From an uncultured Bacilli bacterium (GTDB lineage Bacteria > Bacillota_I > Bacilli_A > RF39 > UBA660), in NCBI GenBank assembly GCA_947627675.1, contig CANQWY010000002.1, positions 108 to 64,107 of the forward strand: DNA of 64,000 nt. The letters are read 5' to 3'. Under the pieces are notes generated by a model. It saw only the letters and a list, made by a program, of their open reading frames with translations, did not search any database and was not told where the DNA came from. This document shows, piece after piece, positions 51,177-60,995 of this stretch (positions are counted from its first letter, which is position 1; every line of letters begins with the position of its first letter). A program made the translations under genes and the position numbers.

Positions 51177-52022
51177 ATGGTACAAAAAAGTTATGATAAT
51201 AGTCCCACTTTATATTTAATTCCAACTCCTATTGGAAATATGGAAGATATTACATTAAGAGCACTTTCTCTACTAAAAAGTGTTGATTTAATATTGTGTG
51301 AAGATACTAGAACATCATCTCAATTACTAAAAAAATATAATATAAATAAAAAACTGGTAAGTTGTCATGAATTTAACGAAAATAAAATAAAAGAATATGT
51401 TGTACAAGAGTTAAAGAAAAATAAAAATATTGGATTAATTACAGATCAGGGTAGTCCCATTATCAGCGATCCAGGCTATATTGTTTGCAATTATGTTATA
51501 CAAAATGGATTTAATGTAGTTGGCCTTCCGGGAGCAACTGCATTTGTTCCAGCTTTGATATCATCAGGTATAAATGCATCTCATTTTTTGTATTATGGTT
51601 TTTTAAGTAATAAAAATTCTAAACAAATTCAGGAATTGCAATCTTTAAAAAATTATCCTTACACTATTATTTTTTATGAAGCTCCTCATAGAATAATAAA
51701 AACACTAAATAATATTTTAGAAATATTTGGAGATAGATATGTTTCTATTAGCAGAGAAATCTCTAAGATACATGAGGAAGAGATAAGAGGAAATATTAGT
51801 CAATGTCTTACTAAAATGAATGTAATTAAAGGTGAATATGTGATAGTTATTGAAGGCACAAGTATAGAAAATGATTATAGTAATATATCTATTAAAAAGC
51901 ATGTAGAACTTTATTTAAATGATAATATGAGTGAAATGGAAGCTATAAAAATAGTTGCTAAAGAAAGAAAGGTACCCAAATCAATTATTTATAAAGAATA
52001 TATTCAAAGTAAAAATAATTGA
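51177..52022 (+). CDS. rsmI: 16S rRNA (cytidine1402-2'-O)-methyltransferase RsmI
   Basis: Tetrapyrrole-methylase-fold protein, YLIPTPIGN... typical RsmI N-terminus. The start is taken at 51177 behind a GGAGG RBS; the ORF track starts at 51165. Confidence 0.85.
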   Translation: MVQKSYDNSPTLYLIPTPIGNMEDITLRALSLLKSVDLILCEDTRTSSQLLKKYNINKKLVSCHEFNENKIKEYVVQELKKNKNIGLITDQGSPIISDPGYIVCNYVIQNGFNVVGLPGATAFVPALISSGINASHFLYYGFLSNKNSKQIQELQSLKNYPYTIIFYEAPHRIIKTLNNILEIFGDRYVSISREISKIHEEEIRGNISQCLTKMNVIKGEYVIVIEGTSIENDYSNISIKKHVELYLNDNMSEMEAIKIVAKERKVPKSIIYKEYIQSKNN

Positions 52023-52047
52023 TAAAAAATATATTAGGAGATTGAAT

Positions 52048-52614
52048 ATGAAGTTAATTGTAGGATTAGGTAATCCAGGTAAAGAGTATGAAAATACTAG
52101 ACATAATATAGGATTCTTTATGATTGATAAATACTTAGCTAGTAAAAATATATATGATTTTAAATTTAAGTTTAAAGGATTATATGTTGATACAATTATT
52201 AATAATGAAAAGGTCATTTTTTTAAAACCTCAAAGTTTTATGAATTTATCAGGAGAAGTAGTAAAAAAATATCTTGATTTTTATAAAATAAATGTAGAGG
52301 ACATTTTAATTATTAGTGATGATTTAGATCTTAATATTGGTAATTTTAAGTTAAAAAGTAAAGGTAGTAGTGGTGGACATAATGGATTAAAAAATATTGA
52401 ATTAAATATTAATACTCAGCAATATAAAAGAATAAAAATTGGTATTTCAAATAACAAAAATATAGATACAAAGGATTATGTTTTATCAAAATTTAGTAAA
52501 GATGATATTATTATATATAATAATTTAAGTAAAATAATAATTGAAATACTAGATGATTTTTTTTATCAAGAATTCGATTTTTTAATTAGCAAATATAACA
52601 GAAAAAACAGGTGA
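52048..52614 (+). CDS. pth: Peptidyl-tRNA hydrolase
   Basis: MKLIVGLGNPGKEYENTRHNIGF canonical Pth N-terminus. The true start is the internal ATG with an AGGAG RBS; the ORF-track start at 51955 is an upstream artefact. Confidence 0.9.
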   Translation: MKLIVGLGNPGKEYENTRHNIGFFMIDKYLASKNIYDFKFKFKGLYVDTIINNEKVIFLKPQSFMNLSGEVVKKYLDFYKINVEDILIISDDLDLNIGNFKLKSKGSSGGHNGLKNIELNINTQQYKRIKIGISNNKNIDTKDYVLSKFSKDDIIIYNNLSKIIIEILDDFFYQEFDFLISKYNRKNR

Positions 52615-52619
52615 TTTTA

Positions 52620-55600
52620 ATGAAAATTACAGATATTATAAATAGTCAAACTGAAAAAAATCTTGTAGGATTAACAGATCCTTCTTTTTCGCTTTATCTA
52701 TATAGTCTACTTGAAAATAAAAATAAAAATATTTTAGTTGTTGTAAACTCTCTATATGAAGCTAATAAAATTTATTCTTATTTATCTTCATTAACTAATA
52801 ATGTATATCTATTCCCAATGGATGATTTTTTAACAAGTGAAGCTTTAGCAATTAGCCCTGATTTACTTATAACTAGAATGGAGACAATTAAAGAGATTAC
52901 TAGTAGTACACATAAAAATATAGTTATCACAAATTTGATGGGTTATTTAAGATATTTACCTTCAAAAGAGAAATACTTATCTAGCATAATTAATCTCAAA
53001 ATAGGAGATAACATCGACCCTAAAACTCTTTTTACAAAACTTTATAATTCTGGATATAAAAGGGAATCTCTAGTTACTAATACTGGTGAAATAGGATTAA
53101 GGGGCTTTGTTATAGATGTATTTCCTTTAGGTTTAGAAAACCCAGTTAGAATAGAATTTTTTGGCGATGAAATTGAATCTATTAGATATTTTGATGCTAA
53201 TTCTCAAAAATCAATTTCAAATATGACTAATATTACCATATATCCAAATTCTGAATTCTTAATTGATTTAGATTGTGAAGAAGAAAATTTATTTAAACAA
53301 AAATATTTACCAAAGTATAGCAGAAATAATATTTGTAATATATCAGATTATTTAAATGACAAATTTACTATATATAAAGATTATGAACAAATAGAAATTG
53401 GTTATAAAGCTATTGTTGAAGAAATTTTTGAATATCAAAGTAAGACTGATATTAAGTTTAAAGATAACTATATGCATGATTTTTATACTTTAGTTGATAA
53501 TAATGCAATTAAATATATGTCTGTTGATAATATAAGTAGTACTATAGAATGTTATAATTATAATATAAAGACTATAGGTTCTTTTAATGAAAAAATTGAT
53601 TTGATAAATAATTTTATTAATAAATGCATTACAGATAAGAAAACTATAATAATCTTTTTAAAAGAATATCAAGTAAAAAATGTTTTAAAAAATATTAATA
53701 GTAAATGTTTTATAACAGATATCAATAATATATATAATGAAAAGATTAATATAATTGTTAATGATTTTGATGAGGGCTTTATATGTGATAAATATGTTAT
53801 ACTTACTAGTAAAGAATTGTTTTTAAATCATACTGAAAATAAAAAATATAAAACTAAATTTAAATATTCTAGTAAAATAACAGATATTAATAAATTAGAA
53901 AATGGTGATTATGTTGTTCATAGTGTTCATGGAATAGGTATTTATAATGGTATAAAAAAGCTTAAAAGTGGTAGTGTAAATAAAGATTATATAGAAGTTA
54001 TATATCAAGGTAATGATAAACTTTATATTCCAGTAGAAAAAATAGATTATTTATATAAATATTCTGCTAAAGAAGGAATAGCGCCTAAAATAAATAAACT
54101 TAATGGTAATGATTGGCAGAAAACCAAAAATAGGGTTAGTAAAAAAGTTTCTGATATGGCAGATGAACTTATAAAATTATATGCAGAAAGGGAAAGCAGA
54201 AAAGGGTTTGCTTTTTCTAAAGATACAGATTTACAAAAAAAATTTGAGGAATCCTTTGAATTTGAATTAACGGCAGATCAAAAAAATTCTATAAAGCAAA
54301 TCAAGGAAGATATGGAATCTACAAAACCAATGGATAGGTTATTATGTGGTGATGTTGGTTTTGGAAAGACAGAAGTTGCTTTTGTTTCTGCATTTAAAGC
54401 TATATCTGATTCAAAACAAGTTTTATTGTTGTGTCCTACAACAATATTATCTAATCAACATTATAAAAATGCTCTTATAAGATTTAAAGATTTTCCTGTA
54501 AATATTGCTCTATTTAATAGATTTACTAGCAGTAAAGAGACTACAAGAATAATTGAAGGTTTAAAAGATGGAACTATTGATATGATAATTGGAACACATA
54601 GATTATTAAATGATAAAATTAAACCAAAAGATTTGGGACTTTTAATAATTGATGAAGAACAAAGATTTGGAGTTAAACACAAAGAAAAAATTAAACAATA
54701 TAAAACAAATGTTGATGTTTTAACATTAACTGCAACTCCAATACCAAGAACATTGCAAATGTCTATGACTGGTATTAGAAGTTTATCATTGATAGAAACT
54801 CCCCCTGTTAATCGTTATCCTGTTCAGACTTATGTTCTTTCAGAACAAGATCAAATTATTAAAGATGCAATATATAAAGAATTATCAAGAAATGGACAAG
54901 TTTTCTTATTATATAATAATATAGAGAATATAGAGAAAATAGTTTTAAAAGTTAAAAATCTTGTTCCTGATGCTAAGGTAGTATATGCTCATGGTAGGAT
55001 GAAAAAAGAAGAGCTAGAAGATAGAATGATAGAATTTATTAATCATAAATATGATGTTTTAGTTTGTACAACAATTATTGAGACTGGTATAGATATTCCT
55101 AATGTTAATACTTTAATTATTTTGAATGCTGATAGGTTTGGACTAAGTCAGTTATACCAGATAAGAGGAAGAGTTGGTAGAAGTAGCCGTTTTGCATATG
55201 CTTATCTTATGTATGAACCATTTAAAAATCTTACAGAGACTGCAACAAAAAGACTTAATGTCATAAAAGAATTTACTGAATTAGGAAGTGGCTTTTCTAT
55301 TGCGACCCGTGATTTATCAATTAGAGGAGCAGGGGATATTTTAGGGAGTGAACAAGCTGGTTTTATTGACAGTATTGGAATAGATTTATATCTTAAAATG
55401 TTAAATGATGAAGTAAAAAGAAGAAAGGGAGAAAATATCGAAACAGATATTGAAAATGTAAAACCTCTTTTAAATGTAGATACTCATATTAAAGATAGTT
55501 ATGTAGATAGTGAAGATTTAAAAATAGAAATTCATAGAAAAATAAATACGATTGATAGTGAAGAAAAACTAGACCAAGTAAAGAAAGAATTAGAAGACCG

Positions 55601-55919
55601 TTTTGGAATGATAGATGAAGATTTAGAAATTTATATGTTAGAAGAATTTTTTGAACATTTAGCAACTAAAGTAGAATTAAATAATGTTATTGAGACTAAA
55701 AATTATATTGAATTAATATTTAACAAGGAAATAATTAATAAAATTAGTATAGAAGATTTATTTACAGAGTCTTTTAAAATAACAAATATGTTTCGTTTTC
55801 AAAAAAGAGGAGATACTTTTGTAATAATACTTGATACTATTAGGCTAGAAAAACATTATATATATTATTTAATAGATTTAATGAAATTAATTATATCAAT
55901 GAAGACAATAATCAATTAG
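52620..55919 (+). CDS. mfd: Transcription-repair coupling factor Mfd
   Basis: About 1100 aa. UvrB-homology N-domain, superfamily-2 helicase motifs (GDVGFGKTEVA, DEEQRFG) and TRG motif region. Follows pth. Confidence 0.9.
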   Translation: MKITDIINSQTEKNLVGLTDPSFSLYLYSLLENKNKNILVVVNSLYEANKIYSYLSSLTNNVYLFPMDDFLTSEALAISPDLLITRMETIKEITSSTHKNIVITNLMGYLRYLPSKEKYLSSIINLKIGDNIDPKTLFTKLYNSGYKRESLVTNTGEIGLRGFVIDVFPLGLENPVRIEFFGDEIESIRYFDANSQKSISNMTNITIYPNSEFLIDLDCEEENLFKQKYLPKYSRNNICNISDYLNDKFTIYKDYEQIEIGYKAIVEEIFEYQSKTDIKFKDNYMHDFYTLVDNNAIKYMSVDNISSTIECYNYNIKTIGSFNEKIDLINNFINKCITDKKTIIIFLKEYQVKNVLKNINSKCFITDINNIYNEKINIIVNDFDEGFICDKYVILTSKELFLNHTENKKYKTKFKYSSKITDINKLENGDYVVHSVHGIGIYNGIKKLKSGSVNKDYIEVIYQGNDKLYIPVEKIDYLYKYSAKEGIAPKINKLNGNDWQKTKNRVSKKVSDMADELIKLYAERESRKGFAFSKDTDLQKKFEESFEFELTADQKNSIKQIKEDMESTKPMDRLLCGDVGFGKTEVAFVSAFKAISDSKQVLLLCPTTILSNQHYKNALIRFKDFPVNIALFNRFTSSKETTRIIEGLKDGTIDMIIGTHRLLNDKIKPKDLGLLIIDEEQRFGVKHKEKIKQYKTNVDVLTLTATPIPRTLQMSMTGIRSLSLIETPPVNRYPVQTYVLSEQDQIIKDAIYKELSRNGQVFLLYNNIENIEKIVLKVKNLVPDAKVVYAHGRMKKEELEDRMIEFINHKYDVLVCTTIIETGIDIPNVNTLIILNADRFGLSQLYQIRGRVGRSSRFAYAYLMYEPFKNLTETATKRLNVIKEFTELGSGFSIATRDLSIRGAGDILGSEQAGFIDSIGIDLYLKMLNDEVKRRKGENIETDIENVKPLLNVDTHIKDSYVDSEDLKIEIHRKINTIDSEEKLDQVKKELEDRFGMIDEDLEIYMLEEFFEHLATKVELNNVIETKNYIELIFNKEIINKISIEDLFTESFKITNMFRFQKRGDTFVIILDTIRLEKHYIYYLIDLMKLIISMKTIIN

Positions 55920-56039
55920 AAATATTATACTTCTTACTTAAATAACCAAAAATATAAATACCCCTTCTTTTTCTTGCACATGATATTTTGCAATGTTATA
56001 ATAAATACTATACAAAAGTAGAAAGAAAATAGGTGTTTT

Positions 56040-56687
56040 ATGAGCGAATTAGATGAAATAAAAGAACAGTCATTAAATAATTATAAATTAGCAGTACAAG
56101 AAATTATAAATAATAATACATTATCTTTATTAGAAGATGATATTATGAGTTTGCTAAAAAAACCACCTCTTGATTCTATGGATATTATAAAAAATAAATT
56201 TTTATTAGTAGCAAAAAGAGAAAATATTATATTAAATACCGTTAACTTAGATAAAAAATTAGAAATATATCGTGAAAGAATAAATAAAGATATAATTTTT
56301 ATAAAGAATATAAGAATAGATATGTTATCTAAAACTGTATCAAATTTTAATCCTAAAAAAGAATTTGATACTATAAAGATAACTAAAAAAGATTTATCTT
56401 CTGTAAATAAAAAGATTAATAGCCAATTAAAGGAAAAAATAAAAATTAATATTAATAGATTTATAATAGATGAAATTATTAATATCTATAATGGCATTAA
56501 TAATATACAATATAATAAAATATACAATGAGTTATCTAAGTATTTTAGAACAGTCTATCAAAAACAATTAGTGGAAAATATAAATATTAAAATATTAGTT
56601 AAGGATACAACACTTATAAATGGAGTAAAAGAACAAGGAGAAAGATATATTTTTACTAAAACAAATTCTAGAATTAATGATTTATAA
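56040..56687 (+). CDS. Hypothetical protein
   Basis: 215-aa ORF between mfd and spoVT. No family recognised. Confidence 0.3.
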   Translation: MSELDEIKEQSLNNYKLAVQEIINNNTLSLLEDDIMSLLKKPPLDSMDIIKNKFLLVAKRENIILNTVNLDKKLEIYRERINKDIIFIKNIRIDMLSKTVSNFNPKKEFDTIKITKKDLSSVNKKINSQLKEKIKININRFIIDEIINIYNGINNIQYNKIYNELSKYFRTVYQKQLVENINIKILVKDTTLINGVKEQGERYIFTKTNSRINDL

Positions 56688-56778
56688 TTGATTGATTAAA
56701 TTATCATTTTTTCTTTCTTTTTTGAATAAAATCAAGAAAATTAGAGAAAATAACTATAGATAAGAAAGAGAGGAATAT

Positions 56779-57309
56779 ATGAATACGACAGGAATAGTAC
56801 GCAGAATTGATGATTTAGGTAGAATAGTAATTCCTAAAGAAATAAGAAAAACATTAAGAATAAAAGAAGGAGATCCTTTAGAAATTAGTATTATTAATGA
56901 TAATATTTTATTAAAGAAATACTCTTCAGTAGAAGATTTTGAAAATATGTTTAATATTTTTATTGCAAAAATTAATGATATCATTAATAAAAATATATTA
57001 GTTTTTGATAGGGATAAAATAATATGTGCAAATGGTGATTTAAAACTTTCTAATTATAAAGATAAAAATATATCTACTAATTTATATAAAATGATGGAGG
57101 AAAGAAAAATAAATTGTATTGGGAATTCTTCATTAGAAGTTATAGAACAAGATTTGATTATAGATAATTATATATTTTCTAGCATTATTACAAATGGTGA
57201 TGTAATAGGAGGAGTTTTGATATATTCTGAAAAAAATGATATTGATGATCAAGATAAGATGTTTTTAAGTTTAATTATAAATATTTTTGTTAAATATATT
57301 GAAGAATAA
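56779..57309 (+). CDS. spoVT: Stage V sporulation protein T (AbrB-N + GAF-like)
   Basis: N-terminal AbrB/MazE swapped-hairpin domain (TGIVRRIDDLGRIVIPKEIRKTL). 176 aa. Conserved position after mfd. Confidence 0.7.
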   Translation: MNTTGIVRRIDDLGRIVIPKEIRKTLRIKEGDPLEISIINDNILLKKYSSVEDFENMFNIFIAKINDIINKNILVFDRDKIICANGDLKLSNYKDKNISTNLYKMMEERKINCIGNSSLEVIEQDLIIDNYIFSSIITNGDVIGGVLIYSEKNDIDDQDKMFLSLIINIFVKYIEE

Positions 57310-57329
57310 TTTTATAAATGATATAATTA

Positions 57330-57600
57330 TACTGATTTAAATGTATAGAAGAAGAGGTTATTATACTGATAATTTAAGAGAGTTTCTGGTTGGTGAAAAG
57401 AAATATTATTGTTTAATAATTATGGCTTTGGAACTATTATATTGATATGTAAATATAATCGTATATAGGCGTTAACTATTTGAGTGTATAATAAAGTTAT
57501 TATAAAGTAAGGTGGTACCACGGATTTAGATTCGTCCTTATATGTTATAATGACTTTTTATTTTTATAAATAAGCATAATATTAAATTTAGATTAAAAAA
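57330..57600 (+). promoter_or_regulatory. T-box riboswitch leader of metG
   Basis: T-box consensus AGGTGGTACCACGG at 57510-57523, followed by U-rich terminator/antiterminator region. About 300-nt leader. Confidence 0.6.
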
Positions 57601-57626
57601 TATATAATAGAATAGGATGTGTTTTT

Positions 57627-59147
57627 ATGAAAAAAAAATTTTATATTAGTACAGCAATTGCATATACTACATTTAAACCACATATAGGAAATACTTATGA
57701 AGTTGTTTTAGCAGATAGTATTGCTAGATTTAAAAGATTGCAAGGATATGATGTTTATTTTCAAACAGGTACTGACGAACACGGTAATAAAATTCAAGAA
57801 AAAGCCGAAGAAAAAGGCATTAGTCCTAAAGAATATGTTGATAATATTTCAAATGAAATTAAAAAAATTTGGGATTTGATGGATACTAGTTATGATAAGT
57901 TTGTAAGAACAACAGATGAACATCATGAACAAATAGTAAAAAAGATATTTAAAAAAATGTATGATAAAGGTGATATTTATAAAGGAGAATATAAAGGACT
58001 TTATTGTACTCCTTGCGAATCATTTTGGACAGAATCTCAATTAGATGATAATGGTTGTTGCCCTGATTGTGGAAGAGAAGTAAAAGAAGCAAAAGAAGAA
58101 GCCTATTTTTTTAAACTTTCTAAGTATCAAGATAGATTACTAAAATATATTGAAGAAAATCCAGATTTTATTCAACCTTCATCTAGAAAAAATGAAATGA
58201 TAAATAACTTTCTAAAACCTGGTTTACAAGATTTATGTATAACTAGAACTAGTTTTGATTGGGGAATACAAATTGATTTTGATCCTAAACATGTTATATA
58301 TGTCTGGCTTGATGCTTTAACTAATTATATTACTAACATAGGATATGATCCTGATGGATCAAGTGACGAATTTGCTAAGTATTGGCCATGTGATATCCAT
58401 TTAATAGGAAAAGATATTATTAGATTTCATGCAATTTATTGGCCTTGTTTTTTATGGAGTCTTGACTTACCTCTTCCAAAAAAAGTCTTTGGACATCCTT
58501 GGCTTTTAATGAATAATGATAAAATGAGCAAAAGTAAAGGTAATGTGATATATGCTGATTCTTTAGTTGAGAAGTATGGAGTAGATGCAGTTCGCTATTA
58601 TTTATTACATGAAATTCCATATTCAAGTGATGGAAATATTAGTTATTCCCTAATAGAAGAAAGAATTAATAGTGATCTTGCAAATATTTTAGGTAATCTA
58701 GTTCAAAGAACAATTTCGATGGGAAACAAATATTTTAATTGTATTATTGTAAATAAAGAAATAACAGACAAATTAGATTCAGAATTTATTAATAAAATAA
58801 ATCAGTTAAATGAAAAAGTTTGCTCTGATATGGATTCACTACATATTGCTAATAGTATTGATGATATATTCAATTTATTAAGAGATAGTAATAAATATAT
58901 TGATGAAACAATGCCTTGGAACCTTGCAAAAGATGACAACAAAAAAGATAGATTAGAAACTGTAATTTATAATTTATTAGAGTCTATTAGAGTATGTGGA
59001 TTATTACTTAGTTCATATATGCCTAGTACAAGTAAAAAAATTCTAAAACAATTAAATAATAATAGAAATGAGCTTAATTATGTTAAAGATAATCAATATA
59101 AATTGAATAATCCAGAACCACTTTTCATGAGGATTACAAATAAATAG
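57627..59147 (+). CDS. metG: Methionine--tRNA ligase (short form)
   Basis: Class I HIGH (KPHIGNTYEV) and KMSKS motifs. Zinc knuckle CTPCE...CPDCG. 506 aa. Confidence 0.9.
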   Translation: MKKKFYISTAIAYTTFKPHIGNTYEVVLADSIARFKRLQGYDVYFQTGTDEHGNKIQEKAEEKGISPKEYVDNISNEIKKIWDLMDTSYDKFVRTTDEHHEQIVKKIFKKMYDKGDIYKGEYKGLYCTPCESFWTESQLDDNGCCPDCGREVKEAKEEAYFFKLSKYQDRLLKYIEENPDFIQPSSRKNEMINNFLKPGLQDLCITRTSFDWGIQIDFDPKHVIYVWLDALTNYITNIGYDPDGSSDEFAKYWPCDIHLIGKDIIRFHAIYWPCFLWSLDLPLPKKVFGHPWLLMNNDKMSKSKGNVIYADSLVEKYGVDAVRYYLLHEIPYSSDGNISYSLIEERINSDLANILGNLVQRTISMGNKYFNCIIVNKEITDKLDSEFINKINQLNEKVCSDMDSLHIANSIDDIFNLLRDSNKYIDETMPWNLAKDDNKKDRLETVIYNLLESIRVCGLLLSSYMPSTSKKILKQLNNNRNELNYVKDNQYKLNNPEPLFMRITNK

Positions 59148-59258
59148 TAGACATATTTTTTGTCAACTTATATAAACTTAGTATAAAAACATTTTGATAC
59201 TAGGTTTTTTTATGGTATATTCAATTTGTAGTAAAAAAATTTACAGAGGAGAAAAACT

Positions 59259-59429
59259 ATGTCAGATGATACTATTAGTAAGCTAATTAATTTGGATAGT
59301 ATATATGCTTTAAGTTGTATTTTTTTACTCTTGTTAATAGAAAGCGATAGAAATATATTAGATGTTATATATTTATTTGTTGTAACTTTCTATTATATTA
59401 GAATAAAAGTTCATAGAAAGAAATCATGA
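59259..59429 (+). CDS. Small hydrophobic protein (56 aa)
   Basis: Hand-found ORF with AGAGGAG RBS, MSDDTISKLINLDSIYALSCIFLLLLIES... Below the ORF-track length cutoff. Confidence 0.3.
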   Translation: MSDDTISKLINLDSIYALSCIFLLLLIESDRNILDVIYLFVVTFYYIRIKVHRKKS

Positions 59430-59471
59430 TTTTTTATAAGTTATGTTTTTTTTGTTTTAGGAGGTATTTAT

Positions 59472-60233
59472 ATGTATATTGATACACATTGTCATATTTC
59501 AAAAGATTATTATTCAGATATAGATAAAATTATAGAAGAAAATAAAAAAAATTTTATTGATAAAATAATTATTTCTGGTTGTGATAAGAAAAGTATTATT
59601 GAGAGTATTGATATATCTAATAAGTATAAAGATATATATTTATGTATAGGATATCATCCTGATGAAGTAGGAAAAATAACAAATTTTGATATAGTTATTG
59701 ATGAACTAGAAAAAATTGTTAGTAGTAATAAGAAAATAGTTGCTATAGGTGAAATAGGATTAGACTATTTTCATAATAAGGAAAATAAAGATTTGCAAAT
59801 AAAATTTTTTGAAAAACAACTTTCGTTAGCGGAAAAATTAAAATTGCCAGTAGTTATTCATTCTAGAGAAGCTACAATGGATACAATTAATTGTTTAAAG
59901 AAATTTAATGTTACTGGGGTAATCCATTGTTTTAGTGGTAGTTTAGAAACTGCTAATATATATATTAAAATGGGATTTAAACTAGGAATAGGAGGAGTTG
60001 TAACTTTTAAAAATTCTAAATTAGTAGAAGTTGTAAAAAATATTGGTTTAGATAATGTAGTTTTGGAAACTGACAGTCCTTTTTTAGCTCCAGAGCCATA
60101 TAGAGGTACCATTAATAGTTCAAAAAATATTCCTATAATTGCAGATAAAATTGCCAGCACTCATAATATATCAAAAGAAGATGTTGGGAAAATTACTAGC
60201 GATGTGGCTCGTAAAGTTTTTAAATTAGATTAG
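59472..60233 (+). CDS. tatD: TatD-family deoxyribonuclease
   Basis: HCH N-terminal motif (IDTHCH), 253-aa TIM-barrel hydrolase. Follows metG, as does yabD in Bacillus. Confidence 0.85.
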   Translation: MYIDTHCHISKDYYSDIDKIIEENKKNFIDKIIISGCDKKSIIESIDISNKYKDIYLCIGYHPDEVGKITNFDIVIDELEKIVSSNKKIVAIGEIGLDYFHNKENKDLQIKFFEKQLSLAEKLKLPVVIHSREATMDTINCLKKFNVTGVIHCFSGSLETANIYIKMGFKLGIGGVVTFKNSKLVEVVKNIGLDNVVLETDSPFLAPEPYRGTINSSKNIPIIADKIASTHNISKEDVGKITSDVARKVFKLD

Positions 60234-60243
60234 TTTTATATAA

Positions 60244-60873
60244 AAAGAAAAAAATAAAACATCAAAACAAGTATTATTATCAGTACTTGGAGTAGCAATT
60301 TTGATTGTTGCTGTTGTAGGTATTTCATTCGCTGCTTTTACTTATACTAAAACAGGAGTTCAAGAAAACACTATTTCTACTGGTACCGTTACTATGTCTT
60401 ATACTGAAGGTCAAAATGGTATAAATATTGAGAATGCTATTCCTATGACCGATACTCAAGGTAAGGCTTTAACAGGTGATAATAATGTCTTTGATTTTAC
60501 TGTTTCTGCCACTATCACTGGTAAGACAACTATTAACTATGAGGTTGTTGCTGTTAAAGACTCCTCAAGTACAATTTCTGATGATAGTATTAGATTATAT
60601 CTAGAAGATAGTGATCAACAAAACGAAGGATATGAAGAAGTATTTGGCCCTGCTAAATTTACTGGAATATCATCACCATCTACATATGGAGCCCCAACAG
60701 GAACGATGCAACTTGCACAAGGTTCGTTTACTAATAATGCTGATGATGGTGCTCAAACTACAATTACTAAATATTATCGCTTAAGAATGTGGGTTGATTC
60801 ATCTTATGAACTTACTGGTACTTCTCAAAAATATAAAGTTACTGTTAACGTCTATGGTAAAGGTCAAGATTAA
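60244..60873 (+). pseudogene. Camelysin/TasA-like N-domain paralog lacking a canonical start codon
   Basis: The open frame begins right after a stop at 60241 with a complete SipW-type signal-like sequence (KEKNKTSKQVLLSVLGVAILIVAVVGISFAAFTYTKTG) but no ATG or GTG; the first possible start is TTG at 60301, inside the hydrophobic region. The body resembles the TasA beta-sandwich N-region. Confidence 0.45.
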
Positions 60874-60995
60874 GATTAAATTAAGGAGAGCGTAAGGTCT
60901 TTTTTATTTTTAGAGATAATGCTAGAAGAATAAAGTACTTGAAAATAAAAAATAGATGATGTAGAATTTAAATATAAAATAGAAGGAGAAAGAAA

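Noticed and set aside
60244-60873. Type IV prepilin interpretation of the N-terminal hydrophobic segment
   Set aside because: No G-F/M-T-L-I/V-E prepilin peptidase motif. The AAFTYTKTG and GGVTYAKYS motifs match SipW-cognate (TasA-like) signal peptides instead.
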